64,000 nucleotides of DNA from Candidatus Cloacimonadales bacterium (GCA_963665815.1 OY762463.1:192001-256000); one strand, 5' to 3'; shown: positions 10,065-19,726, counted from the stretch's first letter. A program made the numbers and translations. Notes: generated by a model from the letters alone, not told the origin.

Positions 10065-12797
10065 TTATTTATTCATAATTTTTTTAACGTTGTCAAGCGA
10101 GTCAGCTTTAGATGAGATTTCTTTAATATCTCCTTTTTGCAGGTGCAGGAAATCGCTTCTTGGAATCTGTACATCATTGTTAAACCATTTCTGTTCTCTT
10201 GAACGGGTTTTAGTAGATGGATTCAACTTGCCCCACTCGCACCAGTAGCCGTACTTCATACCATCTTTGTAGTATCCTTCAGTTTTCAATTGTTCATCAT
10301 CATACCAGAAGTTCCACAGTTTGGATCTCTTTCCGTTTTCATACTCACCTTTGGATTCAAGGTTACCATTAAAGTGGTTAGTTGTCCAGATCCCCTCTTT
10401 TGCATTGTTTTCAAATATTCCCTGAGATTCAAGTGAACCATTATCATGCCAGGTTTTCCACAGTCCGGTTTTCATATTTCTTGTATAAGCACCTTCACTC
10501 TTCTTTACTGAATTTGAATGCCAGGTCATCCAATGTCCTGTTTTCAGGTCGTTTTTGTAACTTCCTTCGGTTTCTTTTACACCATCCGGATAATATGTTG
10601 TCCACATTCCTTCAAGTTTGTTGTCATAGTAACTACCTGTAGATTTAATTTTACCGTTGCTGTGAAAGAACTTCCATTGACCTTGTCTCTTATCATCAAC
10701 AAGTCGTCCTTCTCTTCCGGTTCCGTCTGTATCCCATTCTTTTACATATTCTGATCTGACACCATTAACATAGCTGTATTCGGCTTTTTTTGCTCCACCA
10801 GGATAATAGAGTTTCCAAAGACCAGTCCTATTACCGTTAGCATAATCACCTTCTTCAGATGATCCATCGGAATTCCATTTTTTCCTGTAAGACTGAGGAA
10901 CACCGTTCAGATACTTTACAAGTTCTTTTTTCTTACCGTCAGGGTAAAATTCCTGCCATTCACCTTCGCGTTGCCCATTCTTAAGATTACCAGTAAAATA
11001 AGTTCCATCGGCTTCCCATTCAGTCCATTCTCCATTTTTAATGCCTTTTTCGTAAGTCCCCTTTTTAAGGATTTTACCACTTGCATTGTGAAAGCTCCAG
11101 ATTCCATCACGCATTTCAGATGTGTAATTTCCGGTTTCATAGTTACCCATGGAGTCCCATTCCGTCCACACTCCATTTTTCACATCATTAATGTATGTTC
11201 CTTCGCTTTTCTTATTGCTCTGATTATAATAGTGTACCCAGGAACCATTTTTCTTGTCATTTGTATATGTAGCGTTGGCATATGTTCCATCTTCAAACCA
11301 GAGTGTCCAGTTTCCGTTTCTGGTGCCGTTTTCGAATGGACCTTCTGCATGTTTTCTACCGGATTTATCATAAAGAGTCCAGTTCCCGGTTTTCTTACCG
11401 TTAACGTAAGCTCCTCTTTCAATTGTTCCGTCAGCATTAATGAATTTCCAGTCTCCGCTTACTGTATTGTTGTTATAATTACATTCAGCAACAACTCCAT
11501 CCTTCATGTAAACTTTCCAGATTCCCTGCTTAACATTGTTAGAGAAATTACCTTCAGTAGTTTTATTGTTTGCATAATCGTAGTAAACCCAATTGCCGGA
11601 TTTAACATTGCTGATGTATGGTCCTACGCCATAGGATCTGTCTTTTTCCCACTCTGTCCATCTACCGACTTTAATTCCGTCAGCAAGATTTCCCTGAGCT
11701 TTCAGTTGACCATCAGGATAATAGTATTTCCAGTCACCGGTTGTTATCCCATTTTCATAGCGACCTTCGGATTTCGATCCGTCAGATTCCCAGAGAGCCC
11801 AGTATCCATGTTTGATGTCTTTAGAAAACGCTCCAACTGCTTTATCAGACTTATCTTTATAGAAGAATGCCCATTCTCCGGATTTAAGATTGTTTGTATA
11901 TCGTCCGGTTTCACGTTCTCCACTGGCAAATGTTGTATCCCATTTTCCATTTTTTATATCATTTTCGTATATACCTTCGTGATAATCTCCGTTTCTCTTC
12001 CATTCTTTCCAGAGTCCATTCTTTCTGCCGTTGGAGAGAGGTCCTTCAGACTTTTCTTTTCCATCAGCACTTGTGAATTTCCAGTATCCGTTTCTTACGT
12101 TATTTTCGTAAATGCCTTCAGCTTTAGAACCGTCAGCATTGAATTCTTCCCAGGAACCGTTTTTGATTCCATTGGTGAATTCACCTTTTTCAAGAAGATT
12201 ATCTTTATTATCGTAAAATGACCAGACTCCGGCTTTAACATTGTTGATGTACTTTCCGGTAGACATGTATCCGTTTTTCTCCCATTCTTTCCATTGTCCA
12301 TCTTTGACTTGAGCTTTATATTCACCTTCCATGTAAAGAAAGTCGTCTTTATCCCAGAACTTCCATATACCGGCTGTTTTATCATTAATGTAATTCCCGG
12401 AAGATTTGCTGCCATTTTCTTCCCATTCTGTCCATCTGCCGGTTCGCTTATTATTGGTATATGTTCCCTCTGCTTTGTCATTTCCATTTTTGTAATATGA
12501 AACAAACTTTCCGGATTTAACATCTGGATTCTTTGCAGTAATTTCGCATTCCCAGGCAAGCTGTCCATTCATATAATAAACCTTAGCTTTACCAACAGGT
12601 ATACCTTTCTTGTATTTAACAATCTGATAGTACTTTGCAGCAAGTGAGTTGTCTGTTTCATTAAATGCTCCATCAAGATAGTGCATCCACTTTCCCGCTC
12701 TTAAACCGTCATCGTCTGTTCTGTTAGGCAACTCCGGGAGAGCATTGCTCATTACAGTAAACGATAAAAAAAGAAAAAAGATTATAAATCTGTACAT
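10065..12797 (-). CDS. Secreted MORN-variant (YwqK-like) repeat protein, 910 aa
   Basis: Signal peptide, then more than 30 tandem ~23-24 aa repeats of type EG.Y.NG.K.G.W..(W/Y)..DG; GGAGG RBS. Confidence 0.9.
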   Translation of the reverse strand: MYRFIIFFLFLSFTVMSNALPELPNRTDDDGLRAGKWMHYLDGAFNETDNSLAAKYYQIVKYKKGIPVGKAKVYYMNGQLAWECEITAKNPDVKSGKFVSYYKNGNDKAEGTYTNNKRTGRWTEWEENGSKSSGNYINDKTAGIWKFWDKDDFLYMEGEYKAQVKDGQWKEWEKNGYMSTGKYINNVKAGVWSFYDNKDNLLEKGEFTNGIKNGSWEEFNADGSKAEGIYENNVRNGYWKFTSADGKEKSEGPLSNGRKNGLWKEWKRNGDYHEGIYENDIKNGKWDTTFASGERETGRYTNNLKSGEWAFFYKDKSDKAVGAFSKDIKHGYWALWESDGSKSEGRYENGITTGDWKYYYPDGQLKAQGNLADGIKVGRWTEWEKDRSYGVGPYISNVKSGNWVYYDYANNKTTEGNFSNNVKQGIWKVYMKDGVVAECNYNNNTVSGDWKFINADGTIERGAYVNGKKTGNWTLYDKSGRKHAEGPFENGTRNGNWTLWFEDGTYANATYTNDKKNGSWVHYYNQSNKKSEGTYINDVKNGVWTEWDSMGNYETGNYTSEMRDGIWSFHNASGKILKKGTYEKGIKNGEWTEWEADGTYFTGNLKNGQREGEWQEFYPDGKKKELVKYLNGVPQSYRKKWNSDGSSEEGDYANGNRTGLWKLYYPGGAKKAEYSYVNGVRSEYVKEWDTDGTGREGRLVDDKRQGQWKFFHSNGKIKSTGSYYDNKLEGMWTTYYPDGVKETEGSYKNDLKTGHWMTWHSNSVKKSEGAYTRNMKTGLWKTWHDNGSLESQGIFENNAKEGIWTTNHFNGNLESKGEYENGKRSKLWNFWYDDEQLKTEGYYKDGMKYGYWCEWGKLNPSTKTRSREQKWFNNDVQIPRSDFLHLQKGDIKEISSKADSLDNVKKIMNK

Positions 12798-13038
12798 CTA
12801 TTTTTTTCCTCCAGAAAATCTGTTAAAATTATTAACTGTTCGCTTTAAAAGTCAATCATTTTTTTTTTGAGTATTTTGCCATTATATTATAACTCTTAAG
12901 ACAATAATAAGATAGCTGATTGAAGAGCAAACTTCGTTTTTTTGTATTAGCATTGTAATTTATGTAATGTCAGTTTTTTAGGTATTATTGAAAATTATAT
13001 TTACTTTTATCTATAGTATAATTGAGAATATTTGCCTG

Positions 13039-13506
13039 TCAAGTTCTTCGTATGAAATTTCTTTTTCTTATATTTTCCAGACGTTTTTTTATCATTTTTT
13101 CTCCGATTGTGAAATAGAGAATTGCCAGAACCGCAACAGATATAAAAAAAACAATTCTGATTATAGTGATTAAAACAAAAGGAAGAGCAAAATGTCCTAA
13201 CTCTGTATGACTTATCACATCACCCGGTTCAATATCATAATCAAACAAAGTCATATCCATATCAGGCGCATTCTCGCCAGTGATTTTTGAAAACTCATCA
13301 AATGGAATAGAAAGGATTGCTGAAGCTTCCCTCAGGGTTGTGTCTTCCGTGATTTCTGAATAATCCAGACAGGCTCCTGAGTAGCTTTTCAAGTCGCGAA
13401 AATCTGCACATATACTTAGAACAACAATTATACCATAATACAGAATCAGGATCCCTGTTACAATATACTTTGAAAACTGTTTCCAGTGTTTAATCAGTTC
13501 TTCCAT
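13039..13506 (-). CDS. Hypothetical membrane protein (2 TM), paralog of the neighbouring gene
   Basis: 155 aa: TM, acidic loop, TM, basic tail. Confidence 0.75.
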   Translation of the reverse strand: MEELIKHWKQFSKYIVTGILILYYGIIVVLSICADFRDLKSYSGACLDYSEITEDTTLREASAILSIPFDEFSKITGENAPDMDMTLFDYDIEPGDVISHTELGHFALPFVLITIIRIVFFISVAVLAILYFTIGEKMIKKRLENIRKRNFIRRT

Positions 13507-13977
13507 TTACTTTTTTCCCATGAATTTTTTCATTTTTTGGAGATTGTTAATGTTATCTATTCTTTTCTGAGAAGATTGGTGTTTAACACGCTGCTTCTCT
13601 GCTTTTCTGATTACATATATCATCATGATCAGCCACCTTAAAATGATGTAGCACAATGCACTTAAAGATATTATTGATGCTGCTATATGGAGATAGTCTC
13701 CGGAGAATCGTTCTACATTACTGTTTTTCCACAAAATATCGGTGGATATTTCAAGATCTTTCAGTGTTTTATTGAAATCTATTTCTTTATTTGGGAAAAT
13801 AAATTCAGCTTCTCTCTGTGGGATGTTCAATCTCTTAAACGCTTTTGCCAGTGTTATATCTTCTTTTATTACAACAAAAAGAACTTCACTTGAAGCAACC
13901 CAGAATATCCTTAATGCTGTGATAAACAACATGAAGAAAAATGCTTCATTCATTGGATTACGTTTTATATTACTCAT
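13507..13977 (-). CDS. Hypothetical membrane protein (2 TM)
   Basis: 156 aa, GGAG RBS, stop codon abuts the next ATG. Confidence 0.75.
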   Translation of the reverse strand: MSNIKRNPMNEAFFFMLFITALRIFWVASSEVLFVVIKEDITLAKAFKRLNIPQREAEFIFPNKEIDFNKTLKDLEISTDILWKNSNVERFSGDYLHIAASIISLSALCYIILRWLIMMIYVIRKAEKQRVKHQSSQKRIDNINNLQKMKKFMGKK

Positions 13978-14165
13978 TTATTCTCCGGTAATATTATAGC
14001 TTTTATGATCATAATCTTGTTTGGCTGGAGATAATAGTCAAGCTTATTCATTGAAATGTTACTTATAAGAGGGTTCAGTGTCATGAAAATTGATCCGATA
14101 AAACATTTGACAATAATATTGGAGTGTTACTATTACTGAACATATTTAAAAACAGGGATGATATT

Positions 14166-15047
14166 ATGATAGATAGAACTTTTAAAGAATATGTTGATGG
14201 TTTAGATAAAAAAGGTCTGATAGCTGCAATGGATAGAGTTAACAGAGACCGTTATGAAGATTGTTATCAGTATATGAAAGAAGTGCTTGAAACAAAATAC
14301 AATAAATATGGTTTATCTGATGTAGTCGTGAACAGGGATGAAGAAACGGAAAGTACTTTCATTAATGTAAAAGATGAGGAAATCGCAGATGAGTTAGCTG
14401 AAGTGAATGATGAAGATGATTCAGACGATTCAGTGATTAATGTTTCCGGAATTGATAAAGAAAACCTTAATAGTGAAATCAGTGATATCTTCAGAAAACT
14501 GCATGACAAGAGTTATTGCGAGATAAAAGTAATTCATGATCAGTATCCTTCATTAAAAATTATACAAGAAAGGGAGAAGTATTACGTTTCTTATTTCAAA
14601 TGTCCCGGACTAAGCGAACTGAGTTTAAATGAAGCATCTGTCAAGAAGATACTTAAAGCTTATCTTAAAGACAATGATAGCTGGCAATCAGTATACTTGA
14701 GGGAACTGAAAAGTGTTGCCGCTGCGGCTAAAGTAAACAGAACTTTCTATAAATACTCTAAGATATTTGCTGCTGTAGTTTCAGTAGTATTGTTTCTTTC
14801 AGCAGCAATACCTGAATTAAGTTTTGTACACAACATGTATTTTAAAGATATTGAGAGAGTCATAGGTATATTCTCACTTACTTTTTTCCTTGGTTTCCTT
14901 GATGAACTCATACTTATTTTTAATGGTAATTATAAATTTGTTGGTTTCAGAACGTCCTTATATGTATTAGCTGTCAGTGGAGCAGCAATTGGATTTGTAA
15001 TATATTTCTACTATGATTTGTTCAGACTTTTGATTAGAATAATATAA
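14166..15047 (+). CDS. Hypothetical membrane protein (3 C-terminal TM)
   Basis: Acidic soluble N-terminus and three hydrophobic segments; ATG 14166 preferred to GTG 14124 because of the upstream AGGGA. Confidence 0.75.
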   Translation: MIDRTFKEYVDGLDKKGLIAAMDRVNRDRYEDCYQYMKEVLETKYNKYGLSDVVVNRDEETESTFINVKDEEIADELAEVNDEDDSDDSVINVSGIDKENLNSEISDIFRKLHDKSYCEIKVIHDQYPSLKIIQEREKYYVSYFKCPGLSELSLNEASVKKILKAYLKDNDSWQSVYLRELKSVAAAAKVNRTFYKYSKIFAAVVSVVLFLSAAIPELSFVHNMYFKDIERVIGIFSLTFFLGFLDELILIFNGNYKFVGFRTSLYVLAVSGAAIGFVIYFYYDLFRLLIRII

Positions 15048-15066
15048 TTGAGTAACAGGAGGAATT

Positions 15067-15681
15067 ATGAAGTTGAAAAGGTGTGTATTGTTTTTCGCTA
15101 TTTTAGTTTTAATGACAGGTTGTGCCAGTAGCTTTGTCTCCGTAGAAAATCAACTTCATAAGGATTATAGCAACACATTTGAAAATAATGATTTCAAAAC
15201 AGAATATTCTTTTCATGTGATGGAATAATCTCAGAATGAGACATATGCAAAGAAGGCACTCAAGAAAGGATTTCAGGTTTTAAGTATTAAACTGACCAAC
15301 AAGACTGACAGGGTTTTAAATCTGAGAAAGGATGTTAATTTTATGCTGAACGATCAGGTAGTATATCCTCTGAAAGTGCAGCAATTAGATCTGCATATCA
15401 GGCAATGGGTGCTTCCTCATTTGTTGTGGACTGGACTTTCTGCCGGTGCAATATTTGTTAATGATGATGCAGAATTTCTGAAAATCCCAATAGCCTTGTT
15501 TGGACCTCTCGTTGCATTCACTAATGTAATGAAAAGTAAAAAAGCGAATGAACTATTTGTTAAGTATATCTCAGATAATAATTTGATAAACAGGACAATT
15601 AAGTCGGGGGAAACTCTGGAAGGAGTTCTTGTGCTGAAATCATTTACGCATGGACAACTTAATATTGAGGTTATTGAATAA
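15067..15681 (+). pseudogene. Lipoprotein gene interrupted by an in-frame TAA at 15226-15228
   Basis: AGGAGG RBS, MKLKRCVLFFAILVLMTGC lipobox; after ..FHVME* the same frame continues SQNETYAKK.. into the 15343-15681 ORF. Confidence 0.85.
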
Positions 15682-16173
15682 GTAATTACAACGGATTATT
15701 CCATTATTTTGACCACAGAATATACGGAAAGAAGAACTTCTTATAAACTCTTTAGAAAGGGGTACGCAGGTAATGTACCTGCATTCACTTCAGGCTCGTA
15801 AACTCAATATTTCTACATGTACAAGCTTCAGCAATTCTGCCAAATGCGTAGAGGGATACAGCCGTTTGTCTCATCTTTGTCTCTTAACTCTGAAACAACA
15901 TCTGTTCATTCTTCATTACTTTTACTTTTTTGATAAGAGTTTAGAGGTTTGCTTTTGAGTTGAAGTCCAATATCTCCTAAGGTTGTAATAGTTTGATGCG
16001 AGAATTCATAGGGTATGAGAACTCCACATTGGTAAAGCAAGAATATTTACAGGTCAAGACCAGATATTAATGTGACAATTACTAATATATAAAAGTGTTT
16101 TTTTGAAAAGAAATATTAAATTATTTACAATGATCCGATTATAAACAACTAAATATATAATAAGGAGTTAATT

Positions 16174-17655
16174 ATGAAGGCGTTATTAATTTATCCTGAA
16201 ATTCCTGAAACATTTTGGAGTTTCAAATATGCAATGAAAATTATCAATAAGAAAGCTTCATCTCCTCCTTTAGGGTTGTTAACATTGGCATCATTAATGC
16301 CAAACAATTGGGACTTAAAACTGATAGATCTCAATGTAAACAAGATGACTGATGAGTTATTAGAGTGGGCAGATATTGTGCTGATAAGCAGTATGATTGT
16401 TCAGAAAGAAGCAACCATAGAGCTTATAAATAAATGTTCAAATTACGATGTTTTTATTGTCGTAGGAGGACCTCTGTTTACTGAAGAATATCTTAGTTTA
16501 GACAATATCAATTGCTATGTTTTGAATGAAGCAGAGATAACATTTCCTTTATTTTTGGAAGATCTTAGAAAGGGAGAGCTAAAAAAAATTTATAGAACTA
16601 CAAACTTCTCAGATATGACAAAAAGTCCTTGTCCTATGTGGGAGCTGGTTAATTTTGATTATTATGATTCTATTGGAATTCAGTTTTCCCGTGGTTGTCC
16701 TCATGATTGTGAATTTTGCAGTGTTACTTCTTTGTTTGGGCATAAACCAAGAATAAAAACTGCAGATCAGATATTACAGGAATTAGATAAAATATATAGC
16801 CTTGGATGGAAAGGAAGTATCTTTTTTGTAGATGACAATTTTATTGGAAACATGAAATATGTTAAATCTTTTTTGTTACCAAAAATTATTAAATGGAGGG
16901 CTCATAAAAAAGGTATTTCCTTTCATACTCAACTATCAATGAATATTGCAGATGATGAGGAAGCTGTGAATTTAATGGTAGAAGCGGGGTTTACGAAAGT
17001 TTTTGTTGGAATAGAAACACCTGAAGAAAGCAGTTTGGCTGAATGCAACAAGTATTCTAATCAACATCGTAATTTAATCAAAGATATTAATTTTTGTCAA
17101 AAAAAGGGTTTAGAGATACAAGGAGGATTTATCGTAGGGTTTGATCATGACCCTGTTTCAATTTTCAAAAAACAAATTGAGTTTATTCAAGAAAGTGCTA
17201 TTATTACTGCAATGGTGGGAATACTACAGGCTCTTCCCGGAACAGCTTTGTATAATCGGTTACAAAAGGAAGGCAGACTACAGGAGGCTTCATCAGGAGA
17301 TAATGTAGATGGTTCTACAAATATAATTCCTGTAATGGGATTGAATAATCTACAGGAAGGATATAAAATGATCATGAAAAAAATCTATTCCCCCAGTTTT
17401 TTTTATCAAAGAATAAAGAGATTTCTTCGAATTTACAGAAAGCCTGAAGCAAATGTTACAATAACTTTTAAACGGATACTGATTTTTTTACGTTCAGTTT
17501 TTTATATTGGTATCCTTGGTAAAGAACGAGTTTATTACTGGGATTTGATATTCTGGACTTTGGTGCATAGGCCAAAATTGTTTACTTTAGCTATTACATA
17601 TACGGTTTATGGTCAGCATTTCAGGAAGGTATGTGAGAAGTATAGTCTGATTTAA
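16174..17655 (+). CDS. Cobalamin-binding radical SAM protein (DUF4070-type, HpnP-like)
   Basis: TFWSF..PPLGLLTLA B12-binding start, RGCPHDCEFC CxxxCxxC, FFVDDNF, GGFIVGFDHD. Confidence 0.9.
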   Translation: MKALLIYPEIPETFWSFKYAMKIINKKASSPPLGLLTLASLMPNNWDLKLIDLNVNKMTDELLEWADIVLISSMIVQKEATIELINKCSNYDVFIVVGGPLFTEEYLSLDNINCYVLNEAEITFPLFLEDLRKGELKKIYRTTNFSDMTKSPCPMWELVNFDYYDSIGIQFSRGCPHDCEFCSVTSLFGHKPRIKTADQILQELDKIYSLGWKGSIFFVDDNFIGNMKYVKSFLLPKIIKWRAHKKGISFHTQLSMNIADDEEAVNLMVEAGFTKVFVGIETPEESSLAECNKYSNQHRNLIKDINFCQKKGLEIQGGFIVGFDHDPVSIFKKQIEFIQESAIITAMVGILQALPGTALYNRLQKEGRLQEASSGDNVDGSTNIIPVMGLNNLQEGYKMIMKKIYSPSFFYQRIKRFLRIYRKPEANVTITFKRILIFLRSVFYIGILGKERVYYWDLIFWTLVHRPKLFTLAITYTVYGQHFRKVCEKYSLI

Positions 17656-18100
17656 CTTCGGATAGCTGCATATTTTCTTTTGACTTTTTGATTTATTTCC
17701 CAATTTATGCGCTTAGGCAACAATGATGCTAATCTCCTCAGAAATAAACATTTATCATTCTTAAATAATAGATATCAAAACAAATTAGACAATAAATCCG
17801 TCAATCATTGAATTTTGCAACTGGAGATCACATTCGGAATGGATGTAATCCTTCCGACTAGTGTGACATATAGGCATAAGCATTTTTTTGGGGAACCACG
17901 GAAGGAACAAAAGGCCAGGATTGCTTTTGTTGAAGACTTTGAGCATGGAATAAAACCTCCGCAATTGTGAATTTTAAACATGGGTCTATATGTTGTTACA
18001 CCTCTGATTCAACACTGATGAATCTTTCTTACTATCAGGTAGAGCTTTGTCAATGCGTGTTTGAGTTGTTCTCGCAACCGTGTAAAAATGTGTATGTATC

Positions 18101-18206
18101 AAATAGCCGTTGCATGCAATGCCTCTACATTGTTCCCAGCCGCGCAGAGACAACCGGATGGTTGTCTAATAGAATGAAGGTAGATGTATGCATTGGTCAT
18201 GTAGGT
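18101..18206. repeat. Degenerate GTAG-type REP-like palindromes; 18138-18206 is a direct-repeat copy of 19548-19617
   Basis: CCGTTGCATGCAATGCCTCTAC and AGACAACCGGATGGTTGTCT; 24/30 identity over the first 30 nt with 19548-19577. Confidence 0.7.
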
Positions 18207-18237
18207 AGAAACTGATTTTTTTATGTGAGACTTCAAC

Positions 18238-18267
18238 AAAAAAAAGGCTGTCGAATGATCAACAGCC
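18238..18267 (-). terminator. aqpZ terminator
   Basis: A-run followed by GGCTGT-N10-ACAGCC. Confidence 0.65.
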
Positions 18268-18291
18268 ATATTTTAATATTGTTCAAGAATC

Positions 18292-18987
18292 TTATTTTTC
18301 TTTTCCAATGAAATTATAGATAAATCCACCCAGTGCTCCTCCAATTATAGGGAACACCCAGAAGAACCAGAGTTGCTTCAGAGCTATACCCTGAGCAAAA
18401 ACAGCAACACCCATGCTTCTCGCAGGATTAACTGATGTGTTTGTAATAGGAATGCTGATGAGGTGAATAAGTGTTAAACCAAGACCGATAGCTATTGGTG
18501 CCAGACCTGCAGGGGCTCGTTTGTCAGTAGCACCCATAATTATAAACAGAAACATCATTGTCATAACAACTTCACAAACAAGACCGGCGAGCATTGAATA
18601 TCCGCCCGGAGAATGTTCTGCAAAGCCATTCGAAGCAAAACCACCGGCTGCACTAAAGTCAGCAACACCACTGGCTATAAGATAAAGAACTCCTCCACCT
18701 AATATACCACCGATAACCTGTGCAAGAATATAGGGGAGTACGTCTTTGCCGGGGAAGCGTTTACCAGCCCACAATCCAATTGTTACAGCAGGATTAAGAT
18801 GACATCCCGAAATATGACCAATTGCATAGGCCATTGTTAAGACAGTAAGACCAAATGCCAGGGATACCCCCAGCAGACCAATACCGACACCAGGAAAAGC
18901 AGCAGCCAGAACTGCACTACCGCATCCACCAAGAACAAGCCAGAAAGTACCAATGATTTCAGCTGTAAATCGTTTAGACATATTCAT
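18292..18987 (-). CDS. aqpZ: Aquaporin Z
   Basis: [38 protein letters not shown] (both NPA motifs); start set at ATG 18987 after a GGGAGGA RBS. Confidence 0.97.
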   Translation of the reverse strand: MNMSKRFTAEIIGTFWLVLGGCGSAVLAAAFPGVGIGLLGVSLAFGLTVLTMAYAIGHISGCHLNPAVTIGLWAGKRFPGKDVLPYILAQVIGGILGGGVLYLIASGVADFSAAGGFASNGFAEHSPGGYSMLAGLVCEVVMTMMFLFIIMGATDKRAPAGLAPIAIGLGLTLIHLISIPITNTSVNPARSMGVAVFAQGIALKQLWFFWVFPIIGGALGGFIYNFIGKEK

Positions 18988-19254
18988 ATTTAATCCTCCC
19001 TTGGATTTTTCAAAATCTGGTAACATAAACTCATAAATGTCAAGAATATAATTTTCCGGAACTTATAATTATGTGATTTACCTGATTGAGGGATTATTTG
19101 GTGAAAGCCCTTGCGTATGGCTGAAAATCTCCGCAATGTTGGATTTAAACTACGGATACTGAGCCATAGATTTCACTGATTTAACAGATAAAATTCTCCT
19201 CCAGGGGAGGAGTACGCCGCAATGCGGTGGGAGCTGGTTTACATCATTATCTGA

Positions 19255-19308
19255 ATCGAACTTATGCAAATACTTAACCCTCTTTCTCCATTCTGTCGAT
19301 ATTCACCC
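19255..19308 (-). repeat. ~54-bp dispersed repeat, copy 1 (copy 2 at 31663-31716, opposite strand)
   Basis: Shared core TCGACAGAATGGAGA(A/C)AGAGGGTTAAGTATT. Confidence 0.8.
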
Positions 19309-19436
19309 GTAGATGTTTTCGAAGAAACACATCCAGGATTAGCGTAGATGTTTACGCAGGAACACATCCAGGATTAGCGTAGGTGTTTCCGCAGGAACAC
19401 ACCTGGAATTAACGTAGATGTCTTTACGAAAAGGAC
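19308..19436 (+). repeat. Tandem array of 35-bp GTAG-headed hairpin units (3 full + 1 partial)
   Basis: Units start at 19308, 19343, 19378, 19413; consensus CGTAGATGTTT(C/A/T)CGCAGGAACACATCCAGGATTAG. Confidence 0.9.
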
Positions 19437-19547
19437 TTATTCGGTGTACTTACAGCGAAGACAGAACCACCCCGCCCTTCGGGCACCCCTCCAAGGGATG
19501 GGAATTATAGCCTGCTGCTGTTTTCTAAATATTTGTACTTTTCTGCT

Positions 19548-19617
19548 AACCGCGTAAAGGCAACCGGACGGTTGACTCATTGGGTGTAGAGCCGATGCAT
19601 GCATCGGCTATGTTGGT
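19548..19617. repeat. REP-like doublet with a perfect 20-bp palindrome
   Basis: CAACCGGACGGTTG, then GTAG + AGCCGATGCATGCATCGGCT (19590-19609). Confidence 0.8.
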
Positions 19618-19726
19618 TCAATAATCATTGTTCCTTATATATTGAAAACTACCCGATGCAAAAATAACTGGACATAATTTACCCCTAAAGTAACAAGAAT
19701 AATATAAATATTCAAGGTTGTATTTT

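Larger units (their letters stand above)
19192..19506. repeat. Inverted pair of CCCCTCC/GGAGGGG-type palindromic elements enclosing the tandem array
   Basis: Left AATTCTCCTCCAGGGGAGGAGT...GCTGGTTT (19192-19240); right AACCACCCCGCCCTTCGGGCACCCCTCCAAGGGATGGGAATT (19465-19506). Confidence 0.65.

Noticed and set aside
10971-12221. 416-aa antisense ORF inside the MORN gene
   Set aside because: Shadow frame of a repetitive gene; periodic F/P/S/I composition mirrors the sense codons.
15226-15228. Stop-codon recoding
   Set aside because: Codon is TAA, the commonest stop here; no other gene needs readthrough.
15760-16050. Protein-like minus-strand frame (..YEFSHQTITTLGDIGLQLK..EE*TDVVSELRD..) and the 15773-15958 ORF
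   Set aside because: Interrupted by stops, no convincing start or family; at most an unidentifiable gene remnant.
17967-18215. 82-aa ORF
   Set aside because: Runs through REP-like palindromes and lacks an RBS.
19308-19436. CRISPR or other spacer-bearing guide array
   Set aside because: Units are contiguous and nearly identical, with no unique spacers, and no cas-like gene is present.
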